A DNA stretch of 64,000 nucleotides from Phoronis australis (Eukaryota; Animalia; Phoronida), in the NCBI GenBank assembly GCA_002633005.1, contig NMRA01000127.1, forward strand, positions 701,946 to 765,945, given 5' to 3'. Within the stretch, counting starts at the first letter, position 1. Every line of letters begins with the position of its first letter. A program made the translations under genes and the position numbers. The notes below the pieces were generated by a model. It did no database searches, was not told where the DNA came from, and worked only from the letters and a program-made list of their open reading frames with translations. Shown piece by piece: positions 41,780 to 54,400 of the stretch.

Positions 41780-42005
41780 TTAATAAATGGACGATCGCCG
41801 CACAAATAAAAAAGTTCATGTTCATTCAACATTTCGTCTATTCATTAGACATCTTCAGAATAATTATATACAAAAGACAGCAAGTGCCAACATACAGCTC
41901 AGGTAACATCCATAAAGTGAACTGATACTAGTAAAAGATACAATGAATCTGTTGAATGCCGGAATATGAACTTTTTTATTTGTGTGGCGATTGTCCGTTT
42001 TTTAA
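41780..42005. mobile_element. Penelope-like element remnant: inverted terminal arms with a hammerhead-ribozyme-like core
   Basis: Arms 41780-41831 and 41950-42005 are inverted copies (GGACGATCGCCGCACAAATAAAAAAGTTCAT.. versus ..ATGAACTTTTTTATTTGTGTGGCGATTGTCC). Minus strand 41858-41827 reads CTGAAGA-T-GTCTA-ATGAA-TAGAC-GAAA-TGTTG. Confidence 0.6.
41822..41865 (-). ncRNA. Minimal type-I hammerhead-ribozyme-like motif (possibly degenerate)
   Basis: CUGAAGA core, perfect 5-bp helix II (GUCUA/UAGAC) with a 5-nt loop, then GAAA; possible helix I UUAUU/AAUGA. The cleavage triplet is non-canonical in this register. Confidence 0.5.
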
Positions 42006-42077
42006 TGTTTCGTACAACCGACTTGTGACTTCAGACAGAATTTTTGTCTTACTCCCCCTCTTCATAGTGCAGAAAAA

Positions 42078-42473
42078 AGTCCCGTTTAGACATCAACTTT
42101 TGGCCCGGCGCAACTGACACGGAGCAAATTGACCCGTGTCAAGCAGCCGTTTACACACACAACCGTGGCAAGACGGAAATCAAAGGCTGGAGAGACTGGA
42201 TTGCACATGCGCAGGTTTACAAATGACGAGAGTTACAGAGACATTGCACAAGCGCAGTAGATATGATCTTTTCCGCCTTGCTCCAGTTTCGCGTTTAGAC
42301 TTATAATTGACATGGCGCAAGATGTTCGGGCGCAAATTGCTCTACCTCACAAACGGATGGCAAAAATTTGTCACCGTGGTGTCAATTTTCTCCGGTGTCA
42401 GTCCGTTTACACACTGGAACAACTTGTTCCGTGTCAGCTGATTCGTGTCAACTTTGTAAGTGTAAACGGCACT
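42078..42473. mobile_element. PIF/Harbinger-type MITE (family H1), opposite orientation to the 6568 copy
   Basis: AGTCCCGTTTAGAC...GTGTAAACGGCACT|TAA; aligns end to end with the reverse complement of 6568-6990. Confidence 0.8.
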
Positions 42474-42486
42474 TAAAAGATGTAAC

Positions 42487-44953
42487 TACCGTAAACGTTC
42501 GGGTTAACGCCCTGGGCGGTTAAATTGGCAAACCCAAAAAATCGGGGGTGGGCGGTTAACCAGACTTGGGCGCTTAAACGTGAAATTTCAAGAAATCCAG
42601 TGTGGGCGGTTAACCGAACATGGGCGCTTATTACGACAGGCAACCGCCCTGGGCGGTTAATCTTACCTCGTGATCTAAGTCCCCACACCACACACACTCG
42701 GAACGCGTAGCACTTTTCAAAGAGCGTTATCGTCACGTCGCCACATGACGGGGAAAATGTCATAACAGCGGATGATCCCAACAAAGGTTCTCTTGCCCTC
42801 AGATTAGTTATTCACTCTATTAAATTTACAGAATTGCTGAGTAATAGCCCCGTGCCGTCCTGCGGTCTTGTTACTTTGCCCTGCGCAGCGCACAGACGAC
42901 CAGAGACCACGCAGCCTCTACTTGGATTGCAAATATTTCAACACGTGACCTTGCTAAAGTGCGCGCGTGCAAGCTTCACTTGTTGCAGAGGTCATAGCAG
43001 ACATCAAATTTATGGTTACAGTCTCGTACTAGCTGCCAAATTCATAGTCAGAGAGCAGTTTTAAAATTAGTTGTAATAAAAGTTTGATAAACTTAACTCA
43101 GATGTTTTTTGTGTTGGGGATATCGACACTCCGTGACTCAATGACATTTTCAGCGTATGGTTCTGCGGCTAGCTTTTTTATGTCGACCGCCCGGCATTGC
43201 TCACTTGCCGTTGTGCCAAACATGCACGGCAAAGAAGTAGGCCTAAGACAAGAATCGGGGTGAGCCACTCGTCAATCAACAATAAAATTTCGAGCCATGG
43301 CATAAATATATGATAAACCGCCACAAAACAGCGATGTTTCAATTCATTCTTAAACGATCACCTTACCAAACTTCGTGGTGGAAAAACATTTATTTTTCAT
43401 ACAGGATGTCCAGATTATCGTATTTATATCACTTGCAAAATCGCATTGCGGCACTGTTCGGTCAGGCTGTTAGCGCGCAATGTCTCAGTCGGCTGACAAT
43501 CGTGATTCATAAATGCCGTCAAGTAATATAACGGCCTCTTTCGATATATGCACCTCGTTTTTTTATGGCAAAAGATAGCGGCGGGATTCAGCACGCACGT
43601 AGGGCCTACGTGTGAGTCACCTGCCAATCACATGTTGGTGTCAAGGTAACATGCACTCCAAAGTGTGGGAACTTGCACTCGTGCACCACAACAAAGTCGC
43701 CTAAGAGAATAGCGACAGTCCTAAGTATCAAAAACGGGCGTGACTATGTACTTTTAAGCTGTTGCTACAAAAGACCCAATTCTTTACGATGTTCCTCCAT
43801 TGCCAATGTTCCCCAAAACTGCGATGTCAAGTCAATTCCGATATTTCCCGGCTCGATGTTCCCTAAGCCCATGCCCGTAGCTAGCTGCGTGCATCTCTTA
43901 CCCACTATCGCCAATTTTCAGTCAGTCTACGTCGTAGATATTTCAGACTACACCTGTAGAATGGTAAGAATTTTTGTTCAGGCTGAAACTGGCCAATGTA
44001 TAAACAAAATTATTCTGGATGGCAAAAAAGGGGATGTGGAAACGATAATTCACACAGTCACGCTTACGCGGGGGCTGACGCAAGAAATAGTAAACAGCCA
44101 GCGACATTAGTTAAATCTGCTAACGCCAGTTTGACTGAGATGCAATACGCGAAAAACAAAATTTGACTAGCAGTTTTTTATTACCTCAAGATCATACACA
44201 AACATACATTATTGTCAACCTTTGAATTCAGAAATCGATAGGCAGCATCGAGATCGGTAATCCAGTAAGGAACTTGTACTGTCCCTTCGATCGCCACACA
44301 TCCTCTATAACTCGGCAGTTACATTCATCAAAATATTGAGAATTTGACATCTTTCCGTGAGTTGTGCGATTTGTTCAAAAATACGAGAGCTTCCCACCTT
44401 GATAGAATTTGGAGGGTTGGCAAAACCATGGTCACATTTCTCTGGCCTGATTTTTTCGAATATATGTTTTATCTTGTGCACTACAGATGGAAACTCAGCG
44501 CGGCAGACAAAGTCGCTGAAAGCGGAGGTTTTGACGCCGGCGGCGTTCTTAAACTTTGCAAACATGGGAAGAAAATAAAGTGACAAAAACGTTCAAGTAT
44601 TACATTTTGAAGTGAGTCCATGACCCAAGACAATACATGTAACGTGTTACTTGAATTGTAATTCACATTGCTAAACCACCGTCTCGGAAGCCCGGCGTCG
44701 TTGCGCTCTTTGTGATCATCGATCTTTTTCTAAAAGTCGGGAAATCGCACGTTTCCTTAGCACTGGGCGCTACATCTTCATTCTTTAAAAGTCGGGGATG
44801 GGCGCTTAACCGAGAGGTGGGCGCTTAACTGGAAATCTTCAAAAGTCGCAGGGGGGCGCTTAACCGAGCAGTGGGCGGTTAAATCGAAAATCCACCTAAA
44901 GTAGGGGGTGGGCGGTTAACTGAGCATGGGCGTTTACCCGAACGTTTACGGTA
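42487..44953. mobile_element. Non-autonomous Tc1/mariner-superfamily (Tc2/pogo-like, CCGTA termini) element, about 2.47 kb, TA-flanked
   Basis: TA|CCGTAAACGTTCGGGTTAACGCCC at left and GGGCGTTTACCCGAACGTTTACGG|TA at right (24-bp TIR, 1 mismatch); subterminal GGGCG(G/C)TTAA arrays at both ends; CpG-rich interior; second copy at 63697. No recognisable transposase. Confidence 0.88.
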
Positions 44954-46919
44954 AGTAAATATGAGTGCATCACCGACTCAGGCCAAAAATAATTTGTAGA
45001 AATTACAAGCTTTCTTTTTTATTTTTTGACTAGCTTATCTCCCATTTGGCAGCCAGGGTATTTTGCCAGGTCGCATTTGCAGTTGACGTTATGCAGAGCA
45101 CCAAGCCCAGTAGAAGTAGTAATCGAAAGGTATTGACAGATGTTATGCAGCTGCACACTTGAAAATTGTTTACTTTGATCAGTTGATGGTGTGAAATTGT
45201 TGTCAACCAATAAACTTACAAATTCAGAAAACAAGCAAAAACGATCACTGATACATTTGAATTGAGTGTGAAAGCACCTCTCAAACTTCTGTGTGTTATC
45301 AGGTTGGGATAAGTTATACTACACCATGTAATGACAGTTTTTATGTACTGTGAACATTGGCTTATTGTTGCAGCAGGGTAATTCGATCTTGTTAATACAT
45401 TTTTCATTTACTACATCTGGGTGTTCAATGACCAACATATTTCCCCCCAGGCCTCAGTCTACCCAGCATTTTTGTATGGTTGTTATTCAGTTGCCATTAT
45501 ATCGCATGGAATGTTATACTTGTCATGTAATTATGTGGGATATGCAGAGCGTTAAATGATGAGGAAGTTCTTTTGCATATAAAATATGCATTTGATATGG
45601 AATTGTGTATCGAGTTGGCTTTTGATACAAAATTGATGAAGATTCATCAAAATCTATCAAGCATGTGTACACATCCAAGACTATACAATTGCTAGCATAC
45701 ACACAGAGCACTACTATGTGTCTATGCTACCAGTAAAAAAGGCAGTATTCCTCGCATAGTAGTAAGTCTAATGTTCACAGTTGTGTAGATTTTCTATGTG
45801 ACTGTTAAAATACAGTACTCATTTACTTCAAAAACATTACAAAATGACATCATTACTTTTTTGGTCTACTGAGGATATTTTGATATTTATCTAAAAAATT
45901 CAATTCTGTGACATGAATCAAACTGATCATAATAGTTACCGAATTGTAAAGCGTTATGAAGTATTAATAATACATGCCAGCTTTTAGGCATTAAGTGTTG
46001 GGTGGAAAATTCATTCATTAAAGTCGCGACGGTCTTTGTGACACGTGCGAAGAAGTCCGTGATCAGCATCGACTATCTATGAGCGATTTTTGATGATAAA
46101 GAATATAAAAACATGAGAAGCAGACATTGTAAACCCACTATTTTAAAGAACCCAACCCAGGGCCTTCAATGCTTTGAAAATCATATAAAATTACCCTTAT
46201 CAGGCCCAAAAATTCATTTCTGCAAAACGTTGTTGGCTGCTCGGGACATTGCTGATGCGGGGGGAGGATAAGATTTCCTCTTAACCAAAATATTCCCATC
46301 TCAGAAGCTGCAGGCACCTCTCTTCTCTTATGAGTGAGGGCCCAGGAATGCTTGGCAACATATGAAATGAGTTACACAGTCAGCATACTATTTTTGTGCT
46401 GGTGTGCCATTGTATTTAGATTGGTTATGTCAATGCATTCTGTCTTTTACATATCACGAATCTCTATATAGTGACCACTTAGCACTAACATGTATATTGT
46501 ATAACATGTATGTATTTCATGACTCAATCATAATTAGTCTTCAAACTCCCCGTAATTACTGGCAGTCCAGCCTGTGATCTTTGCTTTGATTAGCTGTGAT
46601 TGGCGTAAGTGCTAAAAATCATGTCAGAAGCACATTTACAACTTCCTAACATAATATTTGTATGCCAATAATCCTGTCCATGCAAACTTACCCTAGAACG
46701 ACTCGCAATAGTGCAACTTGCCCTACTATAAGTGGAGTGTCCAAACACATGTATCCGGTACCTATTGCAAGACTGAAGTTGTCGCTGACAATTAACAGCT
46801 GATATGAATACGGTGCAGAAAGCCCGGCTGCATATTACTGCAGCTGGTACATGTATATGACATCCACCTTGGCACAAGTTTGCAGCTACACAGCGATTAG
46901 AAGTGGCGCAAGTGAGGCT

Positions 46920-47250
46920 AGTTGCACTAAAGCTGCATTTACGTGGGAGACATCTGTCAAGGAGCAACTAACGCTGAGCAGCTAATTGGGCACAAGTGTG
47001 TATGTAAACACGACTGACACGGAGCAACGCTGCGACCATTTTTGGCACCGGTTTGAGAGATTGAGCGAGTTGCACTCGACCAGTTTTTCCAGGTTCAATT
47101 ACATGTCTAAACACAATTGGGACAGTGAAAAAGGATCATCTTTCAATCGGCACGTGCAATAGCCCAGGCCCTTATCTCGAAAATGTTTACACCCCGGATT
47201 AAAGCACCCGGCAAATTTTGCACACTAGTACTTTTTGACACGCTGAATCT
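46920..47250. mobile_element. Diverged relative of MITE family H1
   Basis: Shares GTAAAC..ACTGACACGGAGCAA, GTCTAAAC and AAGGATCATCT blocks in the same order as 6630-6800. Boundaries approximate. Confidence 0.5.
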
Positions 47251-48728
47251 CATGGGGGTTGGTTGCCCAAATTTTGAGGTCAAGGTTTAGGTCAAATCTC
47301 AAAAAATGGCAGCCAAGTAACACAAGCTATGGTTGCTTCAATGTCAGGTAATGGTACTTAATTAACTACAAATCTATCAAAATGACACTGGAACATCTTT
47401 TCCTCATAATGATAAGACACCTCATTTTCATAAATCCAATTTGGCCGTGAAAATTTAACTAACTGCAATTTTAACAAAAGCATCTGTATACATACGTATG
47501 ATATGCTGGCATTCCACATGGTTTGGATGTTCGCTATTCTTGATGCGAGCATGCGCAGACACTGTGTAAATGACTCATGCCAATCTACTTTGCGATCTAA
47601 AGTTGTGTAAATGCGACTGAAGTGGAGCAAATCGCGCTGTGATAACTCGCATCGTGACAACTACTCTATGTGTAAAAACAGCTTAAGTTTAAATAGTGTC
47701 CAGACATAGCAACAACTTGTTCTAGTGAAATTGTTCTAGGTTAAGTCTTTGTGTAGGTGGCGCTATTGAAGGTTATGTCACCACTGGGCAAGTGCTTTTC
47801 AAGAGGAACACTCACTATTGTTGATGTGCCTGTACTTGAAACAAAATCCAAAGTTACCTTAGAAATGTTGTCAACATAAATCCTGTGCTCCTGCCCCTTT
47901 AACAGTGTGAAGGAGTACCCTCCCTCAGGGCAATGATGAGTTCCCCCTGGCCTGTACTTTGATTGGCCCAAAGAGGATGTGTTAACTTATTGGTTTTACA
48001 TGAAAATTCATCCACTGAAATGAGAATCATAGATACTAGCTGGGTAGAAGGGTGATCATTTTCGTAGGAAAACTGAACCTCTTGACCTTTACTCTCCAAG
48101 TAAACAGATGTCTTCCTTAAACCATATAAACAAATTCACACTTGCTCATGGAGACTAGATAATAAAATACAGATTTCTGTCAAAATAATGGTGAAAATGT
48201 ACTTAATAGTATGGGTTTGTTTTGACATGGAATCTTGGTATAGTGCTCAAGCCTGAAAATCCTGCCAGCCAGTCGGGAAGCTGAAAGGTTTCTCTGTGAT
48301 TATTGAGAATTTGTATTTTGATCCAATCTAATACCAAAAACTTTGGTGATTTCTTTTATTTCCAACAAGACCATCCTTCTCGCAACCTTTATCACTGTCA
48401 AAACAATAACTTTTTAGTTCAACCTGGTGTTACCATGAAACTGGACTGAACTTAATACATTATGTCACTTTTCCATTAGAGAAGAAACTGGTTTATCACA
48501 ACTCCATGAGTTATCATCACATTTGCCTCCTCTGTCTAGTAGTTCTAGGGATTGAACACCAGATGGTGTAGTTGATTTGCACTCTCGATTGCTTGCTGCT
48601 ACATCTAATGATGCACTCCCTTCTGAGTTAAGTTAAGCTTTTCCACTGCAGGGTTGTGCAATTGTACAATTCATTCCCCGTTTTGAAAATAGAGTCTGGT
48701 ACTGGTAGTTATGGTTTTCCACTGATTG

Positions 48729-51483
48729 CAGTGGCAGATCTACGTTTTCAGTAAGGGGGGGTTTAGGATTCCGCAAAGGTCGAATGCGAGGCGCGTGGCG
48801 TCGAGCCGGGGGAGGTTGGGAGGGGGGTTTCCTCGCTCCCGTGTAAGACAATTTTTGTTTTTGTAGCCAAATAGTGAAATTTCCACGCGTCCTGGTAAGT
48901 TTCTGGCACTTAACATGTCTCTGGAGTTTTTCTTAAGATAATTTAAAACCATTCTCGATTTCTTCAGATGAACTTGACTCGTAAGTTTCATGAAACCATA
49001 TTTGTGCACATCTGGGTATGAGTCACGCCACCAGCAAAAATTTTTTTTGGAACATCTGCTTAAACACACGTCTTTTAGCATACGAGAAGTCGTATACGAA
49101 AAAGTGTGGTGTGTATACATGTACAGGGGTTTAGACAACTACCAAATATTCAAGAGCATAAGGAGCACGGCGGGGCGTAAAAACTTGAATATCAGATGAT
49201 CGCGTAACAGCAGCCTCAAGTTGTTTAAGAACGAAAACCTGCGCTGTTAGTCCGGAAATAAACATGTGCTTTGTCTCGTTACGAGAAAAACTGGCTAACG
49301 GTGGTGCTCTCAGCTCATAGTCTACAATTATTAAAAGCGACAATAAACAATTAAGTATCACTTCATTAAGCTGAATCACGTTGACAACAATTGAAAACGT
49401 CAAATGTATCAGGAAACCAAATCATCTGAAAACAGTTTCACGAAACCAAAACATTCTGTACACCGTGGCGAAAAGATATGCAGGACCAGTTCGCAGAGGG
49501 ACTAGATGTACACTGAGAGTACACAAAAAGGCTGGCCTGGTCCGTCACGAGACCAAAAGTACATCTGTGCTTATTATTCCTATAAACATAGTCGATCTGT
49601 CGTGGGACCAAACAGTGCTGGCTGAGATAATAGTTTTACAAAGCACACTTTGGTAAAAAACATCACAAGACTAGTTCGCCGAGGGGCCAGAAGTACACTG
49701 AAACTCAATATCTACACAAATCAAGCTGGCCTGGTCCATCGCGAGATCTAATGTGTACTATGCAAAAAATTTTGAATTGAAAAAACTTCTCTCTAGATAC
49801 TTTTTAATCCCCAGTGGTTGCTCATAAGTGTATTTTACACATCTGGTGGTCAACTCAGCTGCGAGAGGTTGTCTAGGAAGGATTTTCGCACCGTACTACA
49901 GTACTCACTGGAAGAAACAAGTATTGAGTACAAACTTAACTAGGCACTACGTGAAATAGATTTTGGATATGAAGCAGATAGAGCCAAGTGGAAATACAAA
50001 CCAGAATCAGTTTTTGTGCGCTCGTAGACCCAGTGCTGTACTGGGTATATTTGGCATGACCACAAATAATCTCTATTTCGTTTTCATCGTACACAATTAT
50101 AAAAAAACCGATTTTATGTACAAACTGTGTAGAATTATAACTTATTATGTGGGTGTTTCTCCAGGAACGTTAGTCCTATCCTTATGTTGTCTGGACTGCC
50201 GAGAAATCTGTATATCGGATCCAATTGTTTGCTTGTCTTGGAACCATTCTACCCAGACATCTTTGATGTTTGTTGCCAACGCTTGCACTTCTTCATACTG
50301 CTGTGTCAATGAGCTTGTACGCCTCTACAATGTCAGCATCTCGTTTCGCAGCTCAGTTGGCACTAAGCCCCCTAAGGTTGCCAAGTCCATTCAAAAGACT
50401 TACATACGCAACTAAATTTGATCTGCTCATCACGGACTGCTTCAAACCTAGACGATGCATCCCAGGACCTATTTGCGCCTCTTGCAATTTTTGGAATTAA
50501 CGTCCCAATGTCTGAACGCTTGAAACCCGAAGTACTAACATCAAATAAATGTCCATGGGCATGGGCATTTATCGGGTGGGCCCTTCTGTGGAAATTCGCA
50601 GTATAGAAGACGGCTGTGGTGCTTATTGCAAGTAGAAAGACGGTAGGTGTTGAGGTCGCAACTAGGGCTCCTTAGGAGGCCTATTGAACATCGCACGTGA
50701 GTCCCTCAAGACTTTGCTGTGAAAGTACAGCCTCCCTGCAATTTCTGGTACTGTACACTGTTCGCGAATGCGGTTACTTCGTCAAAGTGAGTGCCCCTTG
50801 GTCATTCTTTGTAAAGACATAACTTGTTAGAGTGCATTTTCATATGGACTCGCGACCAGACCACGGCGCCCGCCACAATAGCAATTCTTCGGAAAACGAT
50901 TTTTTTTTTCAAAAATATTACATTTACATGTACACTGTATGATATTGCGTAAGACAACTTTACTATACACCAGTCAAATTCGAGTTACAAACGTGTGGAG
51001 TGTAATAGCATGACACGGCAAGAATGATGAAGTAAAAACGTTGCACGTCAATTCGCCTGAATCAATCAGGGTTGCAGCACCTTAGTATTTTCCCTAAATC
51101 AAATTAAAACATATCTTACAATAAAGAAGCTAGTTACCTCAAGAAATCAGCTATAGAGCTGCTCTTTCACCGGTGGATCCATCTAGAATGCTTGGCTACT
51201 TCAGAAGTGTCGACGGAAGCGTGCGCACAATGATCTCCGCGCGTTTTGCCAATGAGCCACGAAGACTCGAAATGCGTTGATTTTCATAACTGTACAGCAA
51301 TTCACAATGCAAAAAATTATATTTTCAGAGTGACCCCCCTCAATTTTTTCCAAGTTGGTTTATTTGGGGTTTACTCACGATGGTGGTGCTGTTTTTGTTT
51401 TGCTGGAGACATTTTTTTTTTTGGGTCCTGGCTCAAGGGGGAGGGTTTAAACCCCCTGAACCCCCCCCATAGATCCGCCACTG
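48729..51483 (-). mobile_element. Decayed, internally deleted hAT DNA transposon (Tip100/PRKRIR-like transposase; 5-bp TSD, hAT5-like)
   Basis: TIR CAGTGGCAGATCTA at 48729 versus TAGATCCGCCACTG ending at 51483 (13/14 match); G/C-run subterminal tracts; flanked by direct repeat GATTG (48724-48728 and 51484-51488); internal transposase remnant on the minus strand. Confidence 0.88.
50145..50470 (-). pseudogene. hAT transposase fragment (PRKRIR/THAP12 '52-kDa repressor'-like), frameshifted with stops
   Basis: Manual minus-strand translation across frames gives RSWDASSRFEA / LVAYVSLLNGLGNLRGLSAN*AAKRDADIVEAYKLIDTAV / EEVQALATNIKDVWVEWFQDKQTIGSDIQISRQSRQHKDRTNVPGETPT*. This follows the pattern 'LS..LQ.RD.DI.EAY..I..V......NI......WF.....PR..RQ..R.NVP..TP' of this transposase group. 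Confidence 0.8.
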
Positions 51484-54400
51484 GATTGAAGCTCGGAAGA
51501 ATGGGATTTGCAGTGGGAAAGCAGCATTGAGCTGGATGGAATAGGTGGCCTGTTTGTGATGAAAGCAACAAGTCTGCTGACAAAATTAGTTACAGGTGGT
51601 TGGTTTGGGTGCCTATTGTTTCAAAATCTGTAAAGTTTGTAAAATGCATGTAGTTTGGTACTTGGAAGTCATGTAGGAGCTTATCGAAAAGCCAGTGCAT
51701 TCAGGCAGATATCTAGTAAGAAAAACTCCAGAAAAGTGTATGTTTTTTGAAAGTAGTATAGTTTGGCTGCAAACTTGATAGAGAACACGACTGTTTGTTT
51801 TTAATGTCTGTTGGCAATTTGCTTCACAGTTGCACACCATAAGATTGGACATAGTACAGTATAAGCCAGTGTTATCAAGCTGTCCAGCACAAAGTACACT
51901 TGTGTTTTCAATCAAATTTTCTGAAAGCAGATAGTCTGGATTTTTGACTTTATACCAATCTGCTGTTGATTGGATCATGTGACAGTGTTTTTTTAGTAAA
52001 ATTTGGCAAGAAACATGACAAAATTTTGTTTGGTATAAATATTCAAGGTGAAATCTCAAAAACCTTGCCATAGTTTCCTAAATTATCTTTTTGTTTTCAT
52101 TTTATGCATCCTTTTCATATTTTCATAAAAATTATGAAGTTCCATATTCTGATAGCCCCTGGTACAAAAGTGGATCAAGTTAAAAACAAAAGATTGAAGC
52201 GGTGCTTAAAGTTTCATATGAACTTGATCATCCATCTCTGAGATATGATCGGAGGTTACGGTAAAACATCTCCTGTTTGGTACAGTCTTAAATTTTGGAC
52301 ACCCAAATTGAAGCTGAAATTGAATTTTCTTGATTATGAAGTATGGAACTTGTGCAGTTTAGGCATTCACCGTATTTCTCAAATATCGGACACATTATTT
52401 TGTATCAACAGAAGATAGACTTGTCAGTTCTTACAATTGTTGAAAATAACTATCAGACACTTTAAGATAACTAATTTTTCGTCATTAGTGGTAATTCTTG
52501 AATTTGGGACGGCCAATAACACCTACTTCTAAATTTTGGTACAAGCACCGACCTTGAGCTAAATTCTTATTTTTAAGGTCCCAAACTGGAAAATTTTTAC
52601 TGTAACCAAATTTCAGGCCAAACATAACATCTATTCAAGCATTGAACTGAGGAGTTTGATCACAAAAATGTTTTTACCGTTTCACTTTTAGTGGCATGTT
52701 GATCATTAAAAATATATAGGTCGTGGCTATTCCCTGTTGCTGCGTAATATTTCTGAAATAGCCATGTTGAGCGTTCAATAATGACACAGAATATTACCTT
52801 GATTACCTGAGGCTTGATTATTAGTAGATGTTCAGTAACCAATATTTAGAGTGACCTTTCCTAAATTGACTGTGTTGGTATTTACCTTAGACATAACAGG
52901 ACTTGAGTGTTTTGTGATGTTTGATAACATGGACTGGATAATGGCTCTGATAATATTTACATAAATTTTAATTTCTCTTACAAGGTTTGATGTTGGTAAC
53001 TCCAGGCAACAGTGTGTCAATATGCCAATATGCCATGGTTTATTGTGTCGGAGATCTCTTGTTTGCATGTGAAAGTTTTTGACGTGGGGGTAATCAATTC
53101 TGTTGACATTTTGGGTCATCGTAACATTTTAATTAAAATTGACGAAGGTGTTCTCGCACCGACTTCCTTTAGTATGCTTGTTTAAGAGTTGCGATATTTG
53201 ATTGCCAAATGTACATACTGAGTCGATGATTGATTTTACACACCCCCCTGTTTAAATTTGACCTGACAATAGAAACTTATTAAAGGTTTAAAGGATGTTT
53301 TAGCAATAATCAATTTTTGGCATCACCGTGTCTAGACATTTATGATTTTTTGAGATTAACATTCCGGTGTAGCAAACTGTATACTGACATACTCTTGTCA
53401 TTGCTGTTATAGCTTGATTGCGGTGGGTTGGAATATGCCTATTATTATTAGTATTATTGGGATCATAATTGTGGCTTATTAGGGTCATTATTGACATTAA
53501 ACATGGCTGTTTAGACACTTGTCTAATTACTCTGTTAAATCGTATTGTTCAGGGAGCATATCGCCCCTAATCATCAATGGTTCCTATTTTTCTGAAGATT
53601 TGCAAAATTGAATTTCACTCCTCCTCATTGCTTCTTCTGTATTTTTTTTAGTCTCAGCCTTAGCATATGCATAATGACAGCATGATTGAGAAAGGATGAA
53701 ATGCCTGTGTTGTGAATTCCGCTGATAGTAAAAATGCACTCCCTATTTATTTCGCATCGTTGGAACTGAATTTTTTTACACCGTAGTGGTTGCTGGGTAG
53801 AGGATACTACAAACGACATTCCACACTCATTCTATATCTCATATTTATCAGCTGTCAATTAGTTGACCTCTGGGTTTGTACTGAGTCGTTGGACCATGCT
53901 ACACCTGGTTGTTGTAGAGTTATGAGATTCACTCTAAGTGTATTTTTGGCTCATGCAAAAAAGCTGGACTTGAATTTTTCATTTCTGTAACTTTTGGTCA
54001 AAGCTTTGTTAAGCTGCAATGGTCTTGGTGTTAAGCACCGTGCCCACAGGGATGGCCGGAGGTGTTCAATGGGGTGGGAAGGGAGGGGTAAACGTGGAAT
54101 TGTGGGTTGAAATGAGTGGCAACTGGCTTACATTTTGCAATGAAGAGGGGAGGGCCAAATGGGAATTTAATTGAGTTTCGACTTGATGAGGGCTTTTTTT
54201 CTAATGTACAGGGATGCTGTGTTCTCTTTGGGCCCCGAGGCCTGTGGCTATTAGTGACAGTACCTTACAAGTAAGGTACTTGAGGTGTATCGTAATGCAT
54301 CGTGTTTGCTCTAGTAAACTTTAGAATGAGGCCTTATTCTGAGATGTGTCTGCTTTCATTGTGAAGGATTTAGTTGATGTGTTCATCAAAACAATTACAT

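Noticed and set aside
42514-42660. Regularly spaced GGGCGGTTAA motifs as CRISPR, iteron or Sp1 promoter
   Set aside because: The motif is only about 10 bp, lies within transposon ends and recurs at the other end and in the second copy.
42473-42784. ORF shared with 63752-63970 suggesting a duplicated gene
   Set aside because: It is the reading frame through the TIR and subterminal motif array of the Tc2-like element.
49963-50415. 150-aa plus-strand ORF
   Set aside because: Antisense shadow of the minus-strand hAT transposase remnant.
51613-52071. 152-aa minus-strand ORF, the longest in the track
   Set aside because: No recognisable motif, intron-like composition and no convincing splice context; a homology search would be needed to revive it.
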